The notes: generated by a model from the letters alone, not told the origin. DNA of 61,346 nt from an uncultured virus (IMG/VR IMGVR_UViG_3300028590_000007) (IMGVR_UViG_3300028590_000007), one strand, 5' to 3'; positions 1 to 9,784 are shown, counted from the stretch's first letter. Numbers and translations are program-made.

Positions 1-540
1 AGGAACAGCACTTCTGCAATATCCAGCTAGTTCGGCGGAAGCTCTCGTGAAGATAGCTTCGGCGTGTCGTAGGGCACCGGCATCGTCATCAGCGTTGAAC
101 CATACTTGTTGTTCCCTTAGGTCACAAGTCCATCGACCTCCCTTACCTGCGAAACCGGTGTCATCATGGAAGATATCCTTGGCATAGATAGTAAGCAGAT
201 CATAGCGACCCAGTCCGAACGAGTAACTTCCGAACTGAATGTGGTCCATATAAGAGGATCTCACATGAGTGCGCGTGAAACTCGCATTATTGACGGCCAT
301 CCCTCTCCATAATCTCGGGAATGGATAAGTAAGTGAGGTTGGTAGCGGATACTGCTTGTCCTCCTCACTTACGCGTAGAAAGTCCAAGATATCGAAGTTG
401 TTGGTTGTCGCTGCACCTCCGATAACGTAATTATATTTGATACTGTAATTCCCGCCGGTAGCGTACAGAAACGTAGCTCGCAGGGATATGGTGAAGCCAC
501 AAGAAGCAACAACTGTGGTGACAAAGTTTATTGGTTGCAT
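1..540 (-). CDS. hypothetical protein, partial (runs off the window's left edge); probable paralog of 540..1175
   Basis: Not in ORF track. ATG at 540 overlaps the upstream TAA (TAATG); open for 180 codons (MQPINFVTTVV...RHAEAIFTRASAELAGYCRSAVP). Confidence 0.8.
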   Translation of the reverse strand, partial: MQPINFVTTVVASCGFTISLRATFLYATGGNYSIKYNYVIGGAATTNNFDILDFLRVSEEDKQYPLPTSLTYPFPRLWRGMAVNNASFTRTHVRSSYMDHIQFGSYSFGLGRYDLLTIYAKDIFHDDTGFAGKGGRWTCDLREQQVWFNADDDAGALRHAEAIFTRASAELAGYCRSAVP

Positions 541-1175
541 TATATGAAAATGTATTCCTCGGTTACTGGTTCCATTACGGCTGCGGTATAAGGTGCGCTT
601 GCGGCGAGCACTCCATTGGCTATGTGCCCCTCGACAAGGTCATCTCCGAGAGATGACTCGAAGGTCCAGGTCGAGTCAGGAAATGCTCTTCCTAATAGAC
701 GGAACATAAGTGTGGCTGATAGAGCCAAGCGAAACGCCTGTTCAGCATGTTCGGTCGAGTACATCTCCCTTGTCGTACCGCCCCAATCACTGTCGCCGGG
801 TAGCCATATGTCTCCATAGTGCCAGCTATTGAAGTGCAGTGTGGACTGTATTCTTGCGTAGTAAGTCCGCTCCCTCGTCTGTTCGTACTTAGGAGACAGA
901 TCTTTATGCCTGAGAGCGATCATCTCTTCGCCGAACAGATTAAACTTATTCATACCCCAGCGACCGGAGTCGTCGCCGCCATCGTTTGTTATACCGTCGG
1001 GTAGACTGCAGCTCTTGATGGAGGTAAGTACCGCACGCCATGCTGCGTAACGACCTTCATTAGAGGGTGGAAGACCTTTCACCTCCAGCGAACAGCTGGG
1101 CGAATTCACTGATCCTCGGGTGTACCGTAGGATGAGTGGATGCTTGTCGGAGAATATTTCGATTTCCTGATACAT
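540..1175 (-). CDS. hypothetical protein with C-terminal EPVTEEYIFI tag
   Basis: 211 aa ORF; C-terminus matches genes at 48046-50853. Confidence 0.85.
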   Translation of the reverse strand: MYQEIEIFSDKHPLILRYTRGSVNSPSCSLEVKGLPPSNEGRYAAWRAVLTSIKSCSLPDGITNDGGDDSGRWGMNKFNLFGEEMIALRHKDLSPKYEQTRERTYYARIQSTLHFNSWHYGDIWLPGDSDWGGTTREMYSTEHAEQAFRLALSATLMFRLLGRAFPDSTWTFESSLGDDLVEGHIANGVLAASAPYTAAVMEPVTEEYIFI

Positions 1176-1180
1176 GTGTA

Positions 1181-1354
1181 TTACAGATGGAACTTGTCGC
1201 GGAACTGCCTCATGTAGATAGCGTTCTTATTGGCAGGCTTGGCTCCGCGCTTCTTGGTTTTGTGTATAGTTGCGTCAGCTTCCTCAATGGGTGGCTCGTT
1301 GAATGGAGGCTTCAGACCAATGTGGTAACTTGCGCAGGGGATGAAAAAGCTCAT
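1181..1354 (-). CDS. small hypothetical protein (57 aa)
   Basis: Read manually: MSFFIPCASYHIG...RQFRDKFHL; fills the gap between terminator and next gene. Confidence 0.6.
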   Translation of the reverse strand: MSFFIPCASYHIGLKPPFNEPPIEEADATIHKTKKRGAKPANKNAIYMRQFRDKFHL

Positions 1355-1361
1355 GATAGCT

Positions 1362-1405
1362 AAAAAGAAAAGGCACGCACAAAAGGAAGACCTAATGTGC
1401 GTGCC
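1362..1405 (-). terminator. Rho-independent terminator
   Basis: ggcacgcaca/tgtgcgtgcc stem followed by a U-rich tract on the minus strand. Confidence 0.7.
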
Positions 1406-1412
1406 GGGATTA

Positions 1413-1802
1413 TCAAACGGTCATAGGCTCCATCGGGCGGGAGGACGTGATAAGGGTACTCCCGTGTTCCGATAATTCCAGTGGGAAGGTAAGCGAACGC
1501 GTTGACATGAGATGCTTGCCTCGGATGGTGATATGGTCCAGCTCTTCGTAAGCCGCCAGTTTACAGTCCGATTCAAATATCATATAACGGTCCTTCTTCC
1601 ACTTACGTAGCTTGTCATGGATCTGGTCCACACAAGAGTACTTCAGTTTCCCACAGTCGTTGACCACGTCGCGAAACCTGATTCTTTCCGTCCTCAGATC
1701 GTTCAGAGTCAGGACAAGAAATGCGGTACGGCGACGATGTCGTTTCTTTCTAGAGTTCCTGCGGAGTTTTCCTTTTATCTTTGCGATCAGGGCGGCAATC
1801 AT
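1413..1802 (-). CDS. hypothetical basic protein
   Basis: 129 aa ORF, packed against neighbours. Confidence 0.7.
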   Translation of the reverse strand: MIAALIAKIKGKLRRNSRKKRHRRRTAFLVLTLNDLRTERIRFRDVVNDCGKLKYSCVDQIHDKLRKWKKDRYMIFESDCKLAAYEELDHITIRGKHLMSTRSLTFPLELSEHGSTLITSSRPMEPMTV

Positions 1803-1805
1803 AAG

Positions 1806-2393
1806 TTAGTGGGCGATAGGGTTGAGAGCGCGTGAGGTAACTGAAAAGACGGTTCTTTCCAGAGCGTTAACCACGATGTTGAAGTTTGCGGTCAACACCT
1901 TGACACATCCATTGGGACCAGTACGGAACTCAGTGCCAAGGTAACGGCATTCCAAGAGTTCGTTCTTGATGGCTCGCAAACAGCTGCAACGCTGCTTTGC
2001 GTTGAACACGTTCTCATCCAGAATCGCAGGATCAGTCTGCATAAGCTCGGTGACCAGATCGTCCGGGATGGTGAGGTAGGACAGGTCGTAGGTCTGGTCA
2101 TACCGGAAGTCCGACAGGCTGTGGGACTTCATCTCGTGCGAAGTATCCTCGAACTTGTAAACCACCAAGTTCTGCCAGAAGCACATATCGGGTTCATCCT
2201 TCTTGAAGGCAGCCCGGAAGATGTCCATCTTGGTACCAGCAACGTGGATGGCCCCTGCGAATTCGTCCTTTTTGACTTTCAGCTGTCTCTGCTTTCCGTC
2301 TTTGCCGACGTATTCGTAAAGCCAGTGTACTTCGATGGTTTTGGCAGGCGGTTTGGAACCAGTGGTGGTGAGGGCAAGTTGTTGTTGCGACAT
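1806..2393 (-). CDS. hypothetical protein
   Basis: 195 aa ORF in a tight gene run. Confidence 0.8.
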   Translation of the reverse strand: MSQQQLALTTTGSKPPAKTIEVHWLYEYVGKDGKQRQLKVKKDEFAGAIHVAGTKMDIFRAAFKKDEPDMCFWQNLVVYKFEDTSHEMKSHSLSDFRYDQTYDLSYLTIPDDLVTELMQTDPAILDENVFNAKQRCSCLRAIKNELLECRYLGTEFRTGPNGCVKVLTANFNIVVNALERTVFSVTSRALNPIAH

Positions 2394-2395
2394 GG

Positions 2396-3238
2396 TTATC
2401 GTTCGAGGAAGGTTAGAGTGCTGTTGTAGTCAAACTCGGAGGGACTGAATTTGACCGTTTTCATTGAGTGTCCACGCTGGTAAGCAACCCCGTGGACAAC
2501 ATCCAAGTTGATTGTATTGGATGCGCGAAATTCTTTTGGGCGGCTTTGATCGGTAACATTCCGCATATTCATGTGGATCTTTCTGTTACCGGAATTGTCG
2601 AGGAGACGGGAGGTCCAGTTGCGCACGTCAGTTGCTTCCATCTTGGGGGACAGGTGGAAGTGCTCGACGCGGATGCTCTTCATTTGCTCAAGGTGGTGCG
2701 CATTCCGAAGGATTGGAATGGTACCGCCGAAAATGACAGAGGGAATATAGTTGTCAGTCAGGAGGTGCAGGCGAATATCCGGAGGGGAGAATTCTCGGTA
2801 GCCGTACTCCACGGTCAGGCTACCCATCTGTCCCAGACAGTGTATCGTCTGCAACGTCTTGAGGGTATTGCGATCAGCCAGTGCGGTGGAATCGATGACA
2901 AAGTCAGGGTAGAGATCGAAACTTTGACAGTACTCGGACAGCAGGTAGAGGCGGTCAGCGTTTGCGACACCGAACGATACCTGTGATCCCGGAGGTAGGG
3001 ATGACAGTACGCGAACGATGTCTTCGTTGGTTGCAGATTTTCTGCCATCTGCAGTGGCTTCAATAGGTGTGCGCCAGCGATTGCGGCTAATGGGGATCGA
3101 GTCGATGGTGAGATCATACTCTAATGGGTTCGTAGGTTCGCCTGTCTTTGCAACAGGAGCAAACAACTCGCGCACGGCGTTGTCATTTGTACGAACACAC
3201 ATCATGTCCCCATTCCTAAAGAATGTTGTTTTCTTCAC
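2396..3238 (-). CDS. hypothetical protein
   Basis: 280 aa ORF; GTG start overlaps the upstream TGA. Confidence 0.8.
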   Translation of the reverse strand: MKKTTFFRNGDMMCVRTNDNAVRELFAPVAKTGEPTNPLEYDLTIDSIPISRNRWRTPIEATADGRKSATNEDIVRVLSSLPPGSQVSFGVANADRLYLLSEYCQSFDLYPDFVIDSTALADRNTLKTLQTIHCLGQMGSLTVEYGYREFSPPDIRLHLLTDNYIPSVIFGGTIPILRNAHHLEQMKSIRVEHFHLSPKMEATDVRNWTSRLLDNSGNRKIHMNMRNVTDQSRPKEFRASNTINLDVVHGVAYQRGHSMKTVKFSPSEFDYNSTLTFLER

Positions 3239-4005
3239 GGTTTGATGATTATAGACGGTGAGGTAATTTCGGTTAGAGATTCACGATCCACAACGCGGAA
3301 GTGCGTATTGTTGTGCTTCGTGTAGAAGTCCGTATGATAGTGACCTGCAATCCATATATCAGGATTCCAATAGTCCAAGGCGCTGTTTAAACGCTGGGCA
3401 TTGGTCTCGATCTGTCCGATGACGTACGGGTCTTTCAGCATCTTCTGAATCAGCTCGGTCTGTGCGCCGGTCATCTTCAGTTTGGTGTCCACCATGTGCT
3501 CAACAACCTTGGGCAAACAGTGGGCGATGACGATCTGAGCTTTCTTCTTGAGCCTGAAACCCGGTGTTACGGGCCTTGTGAGTTCCAGATCTGGGTACCA
3601 AGAGTAACCGGGAGTGAGGTATTCGTAGTTGAGAGAGACACCGCCGCCGATGGCTACGATGTTGGTGTTCTGAATACGCAGCTCCGTGTAATCAGGAAGG
3701 AGCATTACGTTTCCTTCCCGCTGTGCTTCATTGAAGAAGTAAGGATTGTCGTGGTTACCTCGGATGATCTTCAGGTAGATACCTGCCGGGGTGATGATCT
3801 TATTGACGTCTTGGAGCCAAGCTCGGAGAGTACCCTTACTTATTCCGATAAGGTTGATGTCTCCGACGTGGAATATGGTGCTTCCTTTGGGCACTAATCC
3901 GCGTTCGACTATTTCGGTCAGCATCGAGCATACTTTTTCGGTGCTGTGGGTGTCTCCTAGTGCGAATAAGGAGGGGGATCTCGTGTCGGTAGGTGTTTGC
4001 TGCAT
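3235..4005 (-). CDS. calcineurin-like metallophosphoesterase
   Basis: Motifs GDTH, GDIN, RGNHD, HCLP, GHYH; start reassigned to ATG 4005, downstream of the terminator. Confidence 0.9.
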   Translation of the reverse strand: MQQTPTDTRSPSLFALGDTHSTEKVCSMLTEIVERGLVPKGSTIFHVGDINLIGISKGTLRAWLQDVNKIITPAGIYLKIIRGNHDNPYFFNEAQREGNVMLLPDYTELRIQNTNIVAIGGGVSLNYEYLTPGYSWYPDLELTRPVTPGFRLKKKAQIVIAHCLPKVVEHMVDTKLKMTGAQTELIQKMLKDPYVIGQIETNAQRLNSALDYWNPDIWIAGHYHTDFYTKHNNTHFRVVDRESLTEITSPSIIIKP

Positions 4006-4030
4006 ACAGGATGAATACGTAGTGCATGGT

Positions 4031-4068
4031 AAAAGAAAGACGCCCGCAGGTTTCCCCACGGGCGTCTT
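4031..4068 (-). terminator. Rho-independent terminator
   Basis: aagacgcccg/cgggcgtctt stem plus U-tract. Confidence 0.75.
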
Positions 4069-4086
4069 GGTTATTGGTTGCCTGAA

Positions 4087-4812
4087 TCAGACAGGGACAG
4101 TAGCGTTTTTCTCACGCCACTTGGCTGCCCGTTCTTCGCGTTCGGCTTGCCGTTGTTCAGGAGTTTTGAGTTCCTTCGCGGCTTTCGGCTCGGACGTGTG
4201 TTTGACGCGGTTCGCTTGGAGCTGGCGCATCGCTTTCTTGGGGAAGTGGCGCAGGTACTCCATGATCCGCTCATGGGAGGGCGCAGGGCACGCTTCCCAC
4301 ACCGAAAGAGGGATCACCGCAACCGGATCGTTTTCCAGCGCGACCTTGATACCCTCCTTCTTGCAGTACCGGTCGTTCATGGCGCAGGTTGACATGAAGA
4401 TTGCGATATGAGTCGCGTTCTCCATGGTCACCAAGGTCATACCACCGGAATGACACACTTGAAGGGAAGAGTCCTCCTTGCGTGCTTCCCGAATGTAGAC
4501 GATAGGCACGTAGTCATCCGTGAATGCCACCGTGGTACCTTTCGCGTAATCCACCGGTGCCTTGCCCGGATTGAGCATACACACCGGGCCGTCCAGCATC
4601 CGGGACATGTACCGGAGGTGGTGGCGACGTTGGCGATTGGTTTCCTGTCGGCAGGTTACTTTTTCCTCATCGCTGAGATCGTAACCGAAACGGGTGTTGT
4701 CCAGCAGCGGAGTAACCCATGCGATGACGTCTGCGATGTTCGAGTCGTCTGCAGCCGGTGCGGAAATGTCCGTCGGGGCAGATGATTTTTCGTTGGTTTG
4801 GTTCTGGTCCAT
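4087..4812 (-). CDS. hypothetical protein
   Basis: 241 aa ORF. Confidence 0.8.
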   Translation of the reverse strand: MDQNQTNEKSSAPTDISAPAADDSNIADVIAWVTPLLDNTRFGYDLSDEEKVTCRQETNRQRRHHLRYMSRMLDGPVCMLNPGKAPVDYAKGTTVAFTDDYVPIVYIREARKEDSSLQVCHSGGMTLVTMENATHIAIFMSTCAMNDRYCKKEGIKVALENDPVAVIPLSVWEACPAPSHERIMEYLRHFPKKAMRQLQANRVKHTSEPKAAKELKTPEQRQAEREERAAKWREKNATVPV

Positions 4813-4896
4813 ATTAGGGATTAGTGAAGATCGAGGTTAACAACTTACCTGATCTGCTTTGTTAGTATATGCCTGTATGCCAGAAAATTTCAGAAA

Positions 4897-5697
4897 TCAG
4901 CCTGCGTACTCGTGGTTACCTGCAGTACCGTCGTGGATGAACGGGATATCATCCTCCGAAGACTTACCTTTGAGGTTCTTCAGAGGGATGTCATCGTCTT
5001 CGTCATCGGTGTCGTCGTCTGGCGGTCCAGCATCGACGTCGATATCCACGCAGTTGAAGAGGTCTTCCGCGATGTGATGGTTGATCTCCATCACCATTCC
5101 GTACCAGTCTTCCTCGCGGTTCGCAGGATCAATGATACGCTGCCACCACGAAATGGGGAGACCTCCGCACATTTCGATGTTGTGTTCTTCGAGGTATTCG
5201 TTGACGAATTGGTACAGCTTGTTCCAGAGTGGAGGGTTGCGAGTAGCGATGTCTTCGGAGGAAGAGTAGTCCTCGAACAGTTCGCGGATATCCAACGAAC
5301 CAGAGTGACGGACAGTGTCTGTGTCGGACCAGATCTCGCCTTCTCCATCGTAGGCGGTGACGTGCCACACAGCGCCTTCTGTGACTTCTTCTTCAGACGG
5401 GTTCGAATCGCCATGATCGTAGACAGTACCATCGGTGCGTTGACGGTGACGCATCGTTTTGACAGTCTGACCAGCTCCCGGCTCCTTGGAGTTGTGGTTG
5501 ACGTTCTGATATAGACCTGCAAAGCAAGCGGCTACTTCCTTCAAGCCTGACCCTACAGCAGATAGGGCTTTGCGTGAGGCCGTATCCGGGTCCTTTGCGA
5601 AAGTGTGTACGAGTTTGTATTCCGCCGCTTTCGTATCGCGATCAATCAAGCAGATCACGAACGTATACGGGCAGAAGTCGGATTTGAATTGCGACAT
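4897..5697 (-). CDS. hypothetical acidic protein
   Basis: 266 aa ORF with Asp-rich tail. Confidence 0.8.
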   Translation of the reverse strand: MSQFKSDFCPYTFVICLIDRDTKAAEYKLVHTFAKDPDTASRKALSAVGSGLKEVAACFAGLYQNVNHNSKEPGAGQTVKTMRHRQRTDGTVYDHGDSNPSEEEVTEGAVWHVTAYDGEGEIWSDTDTVRHSGSLDIRELFEDYSSSEDIATRNPPLWNKLYQFVNEYLEEHNIEMCGGLPISWWQRIIDPANREEDWYGMVMEINHHIAEDLFNCVDIDVDAGPPDDDTDDEDDDIPLKNLKGKSSEDDIPFIHDGTAGNHEYAG

Positions 5698-5918
5698 TGT
5701 GGGTGAATTTGAACGACTATCTAGCTAACGCAATCCCACTACAAAAGGGGTGGGTTCATGGGACGTAGTTCTATTCTTCCGGTCTAAAACCGGGACTTAT
5801 TCAGGGGAATAAGGTTTCTGGTCAGGACATAAGTCTGGCCAGTAATAATGCACCAATTAAGATGAAGCACAGTGTGAACATCTAAAACTATGTGGGAGGG
5901 TGAGAGATATTATTCTCT

Positions 5919-5934
5919 CAAACTTATATAGCAC
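5919..5934 (-). promoter_or_regulatory. candidate promoter element GCTATATAAGTTTG
   Basis: Same core at 15037-15045 and 25650-25658, each at the start of an intergenic region preceding a gene. Confidence 0.4.
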
Positions 5935-5961
5935 TAGCGTCTGCATTATTGCAGACGAGGC

Positions 5962-7881
5962 TTATCTATGTTTCCTGTTCCTTACTTCGTCCAAGTCCAG
6001 CTTACCCGCAAGGATGTCTTCCATCTCTTGTCGCTTTAATCCAAGCAAATGCCGGATTGATTCTGCAAACGCAGGATTAGGGATGCGGAAGGGGAGGGTG
6101 ATCTTGCCCCATCCGTTATTACCCACAATCGCAGGGTCGAATAACCCTCCAGTGACAGGTGCCATGTTGTTCAGATTGAGAAGTTCCCCTTTCTGAATCT
6201 CGATGGCGTTCTTGTCATCCACGTCTTTGTCAGTGGTAGGAGCAAGGCGCAGAATACCTTTACCAACATTACGAGGAGTAATACCGGCACCTACCATTGT
6301 GTTCATAGTCTTGTCCCATGAGAAAGGGACGCCCGGTTTAGCAGGAGTCAATCCCATACGCAGTGCTCTCCAGTACTCATCGTTTTGTTGACCGCGAAGA
6401 GTAATACCTTCCCTCAGGTTATTGTAGGCACCAGAGGAGAGCATAACGTTGGACTCCAGTCCGGAAAGTCGTTTGGAACCACCGCCTTCTCCCGAACCTT
6501 TCGCAGGTTGACGGAACAAGTCGTAGCCACCCTGACCGCGAGAAGAAGCCTTACTCGACGAGGTATGGTGAAGTTTGAGCATGTAGGCGTTACCTACAAG
6601 CACAGGGTTCTCAAGAAATTGATTGGTCTCTGGATCGAAGATTTCCTCTTCGTCAGGGATTCCCGCTTCTTCCAGTTTTTGAAGAACGGTTTCGTACCAC
6701 TTCTCGCCGGGTTTGGTGAATCCGGGAAGTTTGATGGGCTTACCTTGAGCGGCAGCCACCTTACCCAACATGATCTCGTACAACAGGGAGTTGTTGGTAC
6801 GCGATGGAATGGAAAGAGGATTAAGAAGAACATCCAAAGGCTGACCATCCTTGGTGCGTGGCATCTTCTCATCAGGGATCACAAGGGATACGGTACCCTT
6901 CTGACCAGTACGGTAGACAACCTTGTCACCCTCTTTGGTAGGGGCGTAGGCTTTGGTAACCACTTTGACACCTTTGGGTGTGTGGAAAACATCAACAACT
7001 TCAGCAGGATACTCTTCTTCCCAGACGGACGAAGAATCACCACGTGCCTGAGACATCGTTTTCGTGAGCTTGCCGACGTTTACACCGGCAGACGAAATAA
7101 CACGAGGTCTGGTGGAAAGAATGATAGGATCGCCGGGGTCTAGGATCTGACCTTTCTGAACAACTCCACGTTCATCCAGTTTAGCGAGTTGTTTCTTGTG
7201 GAACTTCTCAGGGAACAGGGAGCGGAAATGACCAAGGCCACCCTTGATGTCCCGGTCATACTCCTGTTCGTGTGTCTCCATGTGTTCGCTGACCATATTG
7301 TCTGCGAAACCTTTACGAAGGACGATAGCGTCGTCCATGGAGTAACCTTTATATGGAACCACAGCCACACGGGTATTCATTCCCATCGCCGCTGTGCCGT
7401 TGTCGTCCGTATAGTTGGACGTAGCCAGCAGACCTCCTGCAGTGAACTTGTCTCCTACCTTTACCTTGGAAGTGTTATGGATACCAGACTTACGGTTGAA
7501 GCTCTGGTTATTGTAGATTGCTCGTTTCTTTTTCTCTCCAGTGGCGTTCTTGTAATGAATGTAATCAGGCGTGACTTCAGTCACCTCGCCATCTTCATCC
7601 GCAAACACAGCTCCCAGATCTTTACCGAGCTTTTCATCGAAGGAGAACCCACCATCGTCGGTGGTATCAAGGTTCTGCACCCATGGAGCTTCACGGTTGC
7701 GTAACGGCATAGCTTGGTTGTCGAATCGAGCGCCGTAGAATAGACGCGGACCCTGAACACCAGACTGAATAGGAATATGATTGATGTGAGTACCAAACAG
7801 ATTCTCGTGAGAGATCAATTCGTAATCAATTTCATCATCATCAAAGTCCTGAATCTTACCGTTCCTGTAACCTACCGGCAT
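5962..7881 (-). CDS. multisubunit RNA polymerase: beta C-terminal half fused to beta-prime N-terminal fragment
   Basis: Beta motifs GARFDNQAMPL, PYKGYSMDDAI, GDKVVYRTGQKG, MPRTKDGQPLDVLLNPLSIPSR, YMLKLHH, RQPAKG..GGSKRLSGLE; last ~95 aa (LRLAP..GELLN..PVTGGLFDPAIVG..GKITLP) resemble the beta-prime N-terminus. Confidence 0.93.
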   Translation of the reverse strand: MPVGYRNGKIQDFDDDEIDYELISHENLFGTHINHIPIQSGVQGPRLFYGARFDNQAMPLRNREAPWVQNLDTTDDGGFSFDEKLGKDLGAVFADEDGEVTEVTPDYIHYKNATGEKKKRAIYNNQSFNRKSGIHNTSKVKVGDKFTAGGLLATSNYTDDNGTAAMGMNTRVAVVPYKGYSMDDAIVLRKGFADNMVSEHMETHEQEYDRDIKGGLGHFRSLFPEKFHKKQLAKLDERGVVQKGQILDPGDPIILSTRPRVISSAGVNVGKLTKTMSQARGDSSSVWEEEYPAEVVDVFHTPKGVKVVTKAYAPTKEGDKVVYRTGQKGTVSLVIPDEKMPRTKDGQPLDVLLNPLSIPSRTNNSLLYEIMLGKVAAAQGKPIKLPGFTKPGEKWYETVLQKLEEAGIPDEEEIFDPETNQFLENPVLVGNAYMLKLHHTSSSKASSRGQGGYDLFRQPAKGSGEGGGSKRLSGLESNVMLSSGAYNNLREGITLRGQQNDEYWRALRMGLTPAKPGVPFSWDKTMNTMVGAGITPRNVGKGILRLAPTTDKDVDDKNAIEIQKGELLNLNNMAPVTGGLFDPAIVGNNGWGKITLPFRIPNPAFAESIRHLLGLKRQEMEDILAGKLDLDEVRNRKHR

Positions 7882-7887
7882 AACTAA

Positions 7888-9747
7888 TTAATATGGAATG
7901 TAGTTATTGCTACCCGGTTGTCCCGGAGATTGCAAGAAACTATTAAGCAAGCCAGTTGCTCTGTTGATCCAAGGCACTTGGGGCGGCTCGTGTTCCATGA
8001 ACTGAGCTTCAGCGGAAGGTGTGGCAGGCATCAAGTGTCTGCGAACCTGCGTGGCGTAATTGTGCATCGTGGAACCATAAGGGGTACTACGAAGATTTAT
8101 GGGAGTTTGAATGCCCTTCTGACCTTGGGCGCCTACGCGGTTACCGATTCTAGCCGTTTGGATGTTCAGCTGACGAGGACCCATACCGTTGATGGCGTCT
8201 TGCTGAGGCTGCATGGAAGCAGACTTCACAGCATCAAGTGTCTTGCGAATACGATCCATCGAACTGCCAAGATTGATGGAGCCAAGGATGGGATCTTTCT
8301 TACCATCACCTGCACCGGATTTCCCAGCCAGCTTCTGCGCTTCTTGATTGATCTTGAGGTTGATGTTCTCTTCCTGCAGTTTATCCAGCTTAGACTGCAA
8401 ACTATCGGTGTCTACTTGCCCTGCGGCACCGCCGGCAGTTGCAAGAGGCGAGTTTGCCATGGAGGCAGGGGTACCCGGAGGGAGCGTAGCAGGATCAACT
8501 GCGTTGTTAGCAGGAGCACCAGCACGCATATTAGGATCATAAGCAGGCATAGTCGTAGCTGCTTTCTTCACATTGAGCTTGTCGATCTCGCCAGACAGCA
8601 TGTTCATCTTTGTTTGTTCGCGTTTATGCACAGCCTTGCGTTTTTCTTCGGCTTCCAGTTGAGCTTGCTTCTGGGCTTCCATTTGCTCCTCTTGTTGGAG
8701 CTTGGCTGCCTCTTGCTGCTCTGACCATTGTTGCTTACGTTCGCCGGATTCGGTACGAAGTTGGCGACGAACGTCCTTACCGACATTACGTTGGATAGCG
8801 CCGGAGATAGGGATCTGTTCCTTCAGAGGGATACGCAGCTTGGTCTCGATGTCTCCGGGCTTACGTGTAGGAAGCGTCACAGACATGTCTCCAAGGTCTT
8901 CAGTCTTCTTACTGGACCTCCACTGGGCAATAGCAGTACCGAGGGCACCAAGGGCACCTACGCCTGCAGCAACACCCAATCCAGCTTTCATACCGGGGGA
9001 CATACCTTCTTTCGGAGAAGAGACCGCTTTATTGATGTTGGGAATGTCCAACTGACTCAGCTTTTCATTACCCTTGAGTAGAAGATCCTTAGCAGGTATA
9101 GCAAGACCAGCAGCGACACCCTCAGCAGGACCAATACCTTTCCACACGCTACCAGCAGCAGCGCCGAAACCAGCATTGGTTGCCATCAGGTGACGACGAT
9201 GAGGGTCAGCCATCGCGTTGGAAAAGTTTTCAATAGGTCCCTTGCCTTCTCCATAGGTAGCATAGTCAAGAGCGGGACCGCCAGCAAGGGCACCTCCTGC
9301 CAAGTGGGTAAGCCAGCTCATGACCTTCCCCTTATCTGCAGCTTTCTTTACGACATACGGGATATGCAAGGCGTCTGCGAGGTGCTCAGACTCTTTGTTA
9401 CCTTCAACAATGAGAGCCTTAACCTTATCCACAGAAGCACTCTTGATATGCAGCATCTTGCTGACAGCTTCCTTAGCCTTACCGCAACCACGATGCTCAG
9501 GGAGAAGTCCAATGGTGTAGTAACCTACTTTCACCATACCTTCCTTGCGTTCTTGCCATCCCACAAACCCCGCAGGAGACTTGTCGGAGGCCGAACGAAT
9601 CATGTAGATGTCATCATGGGAATCAATGTTCAGACCATATGGCCACTTCCATGGAGCCTCGTCGTAGATAGTCTTGAGAACACCTTCGAGGATAGTACGG
9701 GAACTGGTGTCTGAAGCAGACTTGGAAAACGATTCAACCAGATACAT
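7888..9747 (-). CDS. GNAT acetyltransferase domain fused to Gly/Ala-rich, K-x-A-motif-containing putative virion protein
   Basis: AGFVGW...GYYTIGLLPEHRGCGKAKEAV...IVEGNKESEHL is a GNAT acetyl-CoA-binding signature; downstream hydrophobic Gly/Ala segments and coiled coil. Confidence 0.7.
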   Translation of the reverse strand: MYLVESFSKSASDTSSRTILEGVLKTIYDEAPWKWPYGLNIDSHDDIYMIRSASDKSPAGFVGWQERKEGMVKVGYYTIGLLPEHRGCGKAKEAVSKMLHIKSASVDKVKALIVEGNKESEHLADALHIPYVVKKAADKGKVMSWLTHLAGGALAGGPALDYATYGEGKGPIENFSNAMADPHRRHLMATNAGFGAAAGSVWKGIGPAEGVAAGLAIPAKDLLLKGNEKLSQLDIPNINKAVSSPKEGMSPGMKAGLGVAAGVGALGALGTAIAQWRSSKKTEDLGDMSVTLPTRKPGDIETKLRIPLKEQIPISGAIQRNVGKDVRRQLRTESGERKQQWSEQQEAAKLQQEEQMEAQKQAQLEAEEKRKAVHKREQTKMNMLSGEIDKLNVKKAATTMPAYDPNMRAGAPANNAVDPATLPPGTPASMANSPLATAGGAAGQVDTDSLQSKLDKLQEENINLKINQEAQKLAGKSGAGDGKKDPILGSINLGSSMDRIRKTLDAVKSASMQPQQDAINGMGPRQLNIQTARIGNRVGAQGQKGIQTPINLRSTPYGSTMHNYATQVRRHLMPATPSAEAQFMEHEPPQVPWINRATGLLNSFLQSPGQPGSNNYIPY

Positions 9748-9784
9748 AGGACCCTTGTATCTTACTACCTTTCTGCCTTATTTG

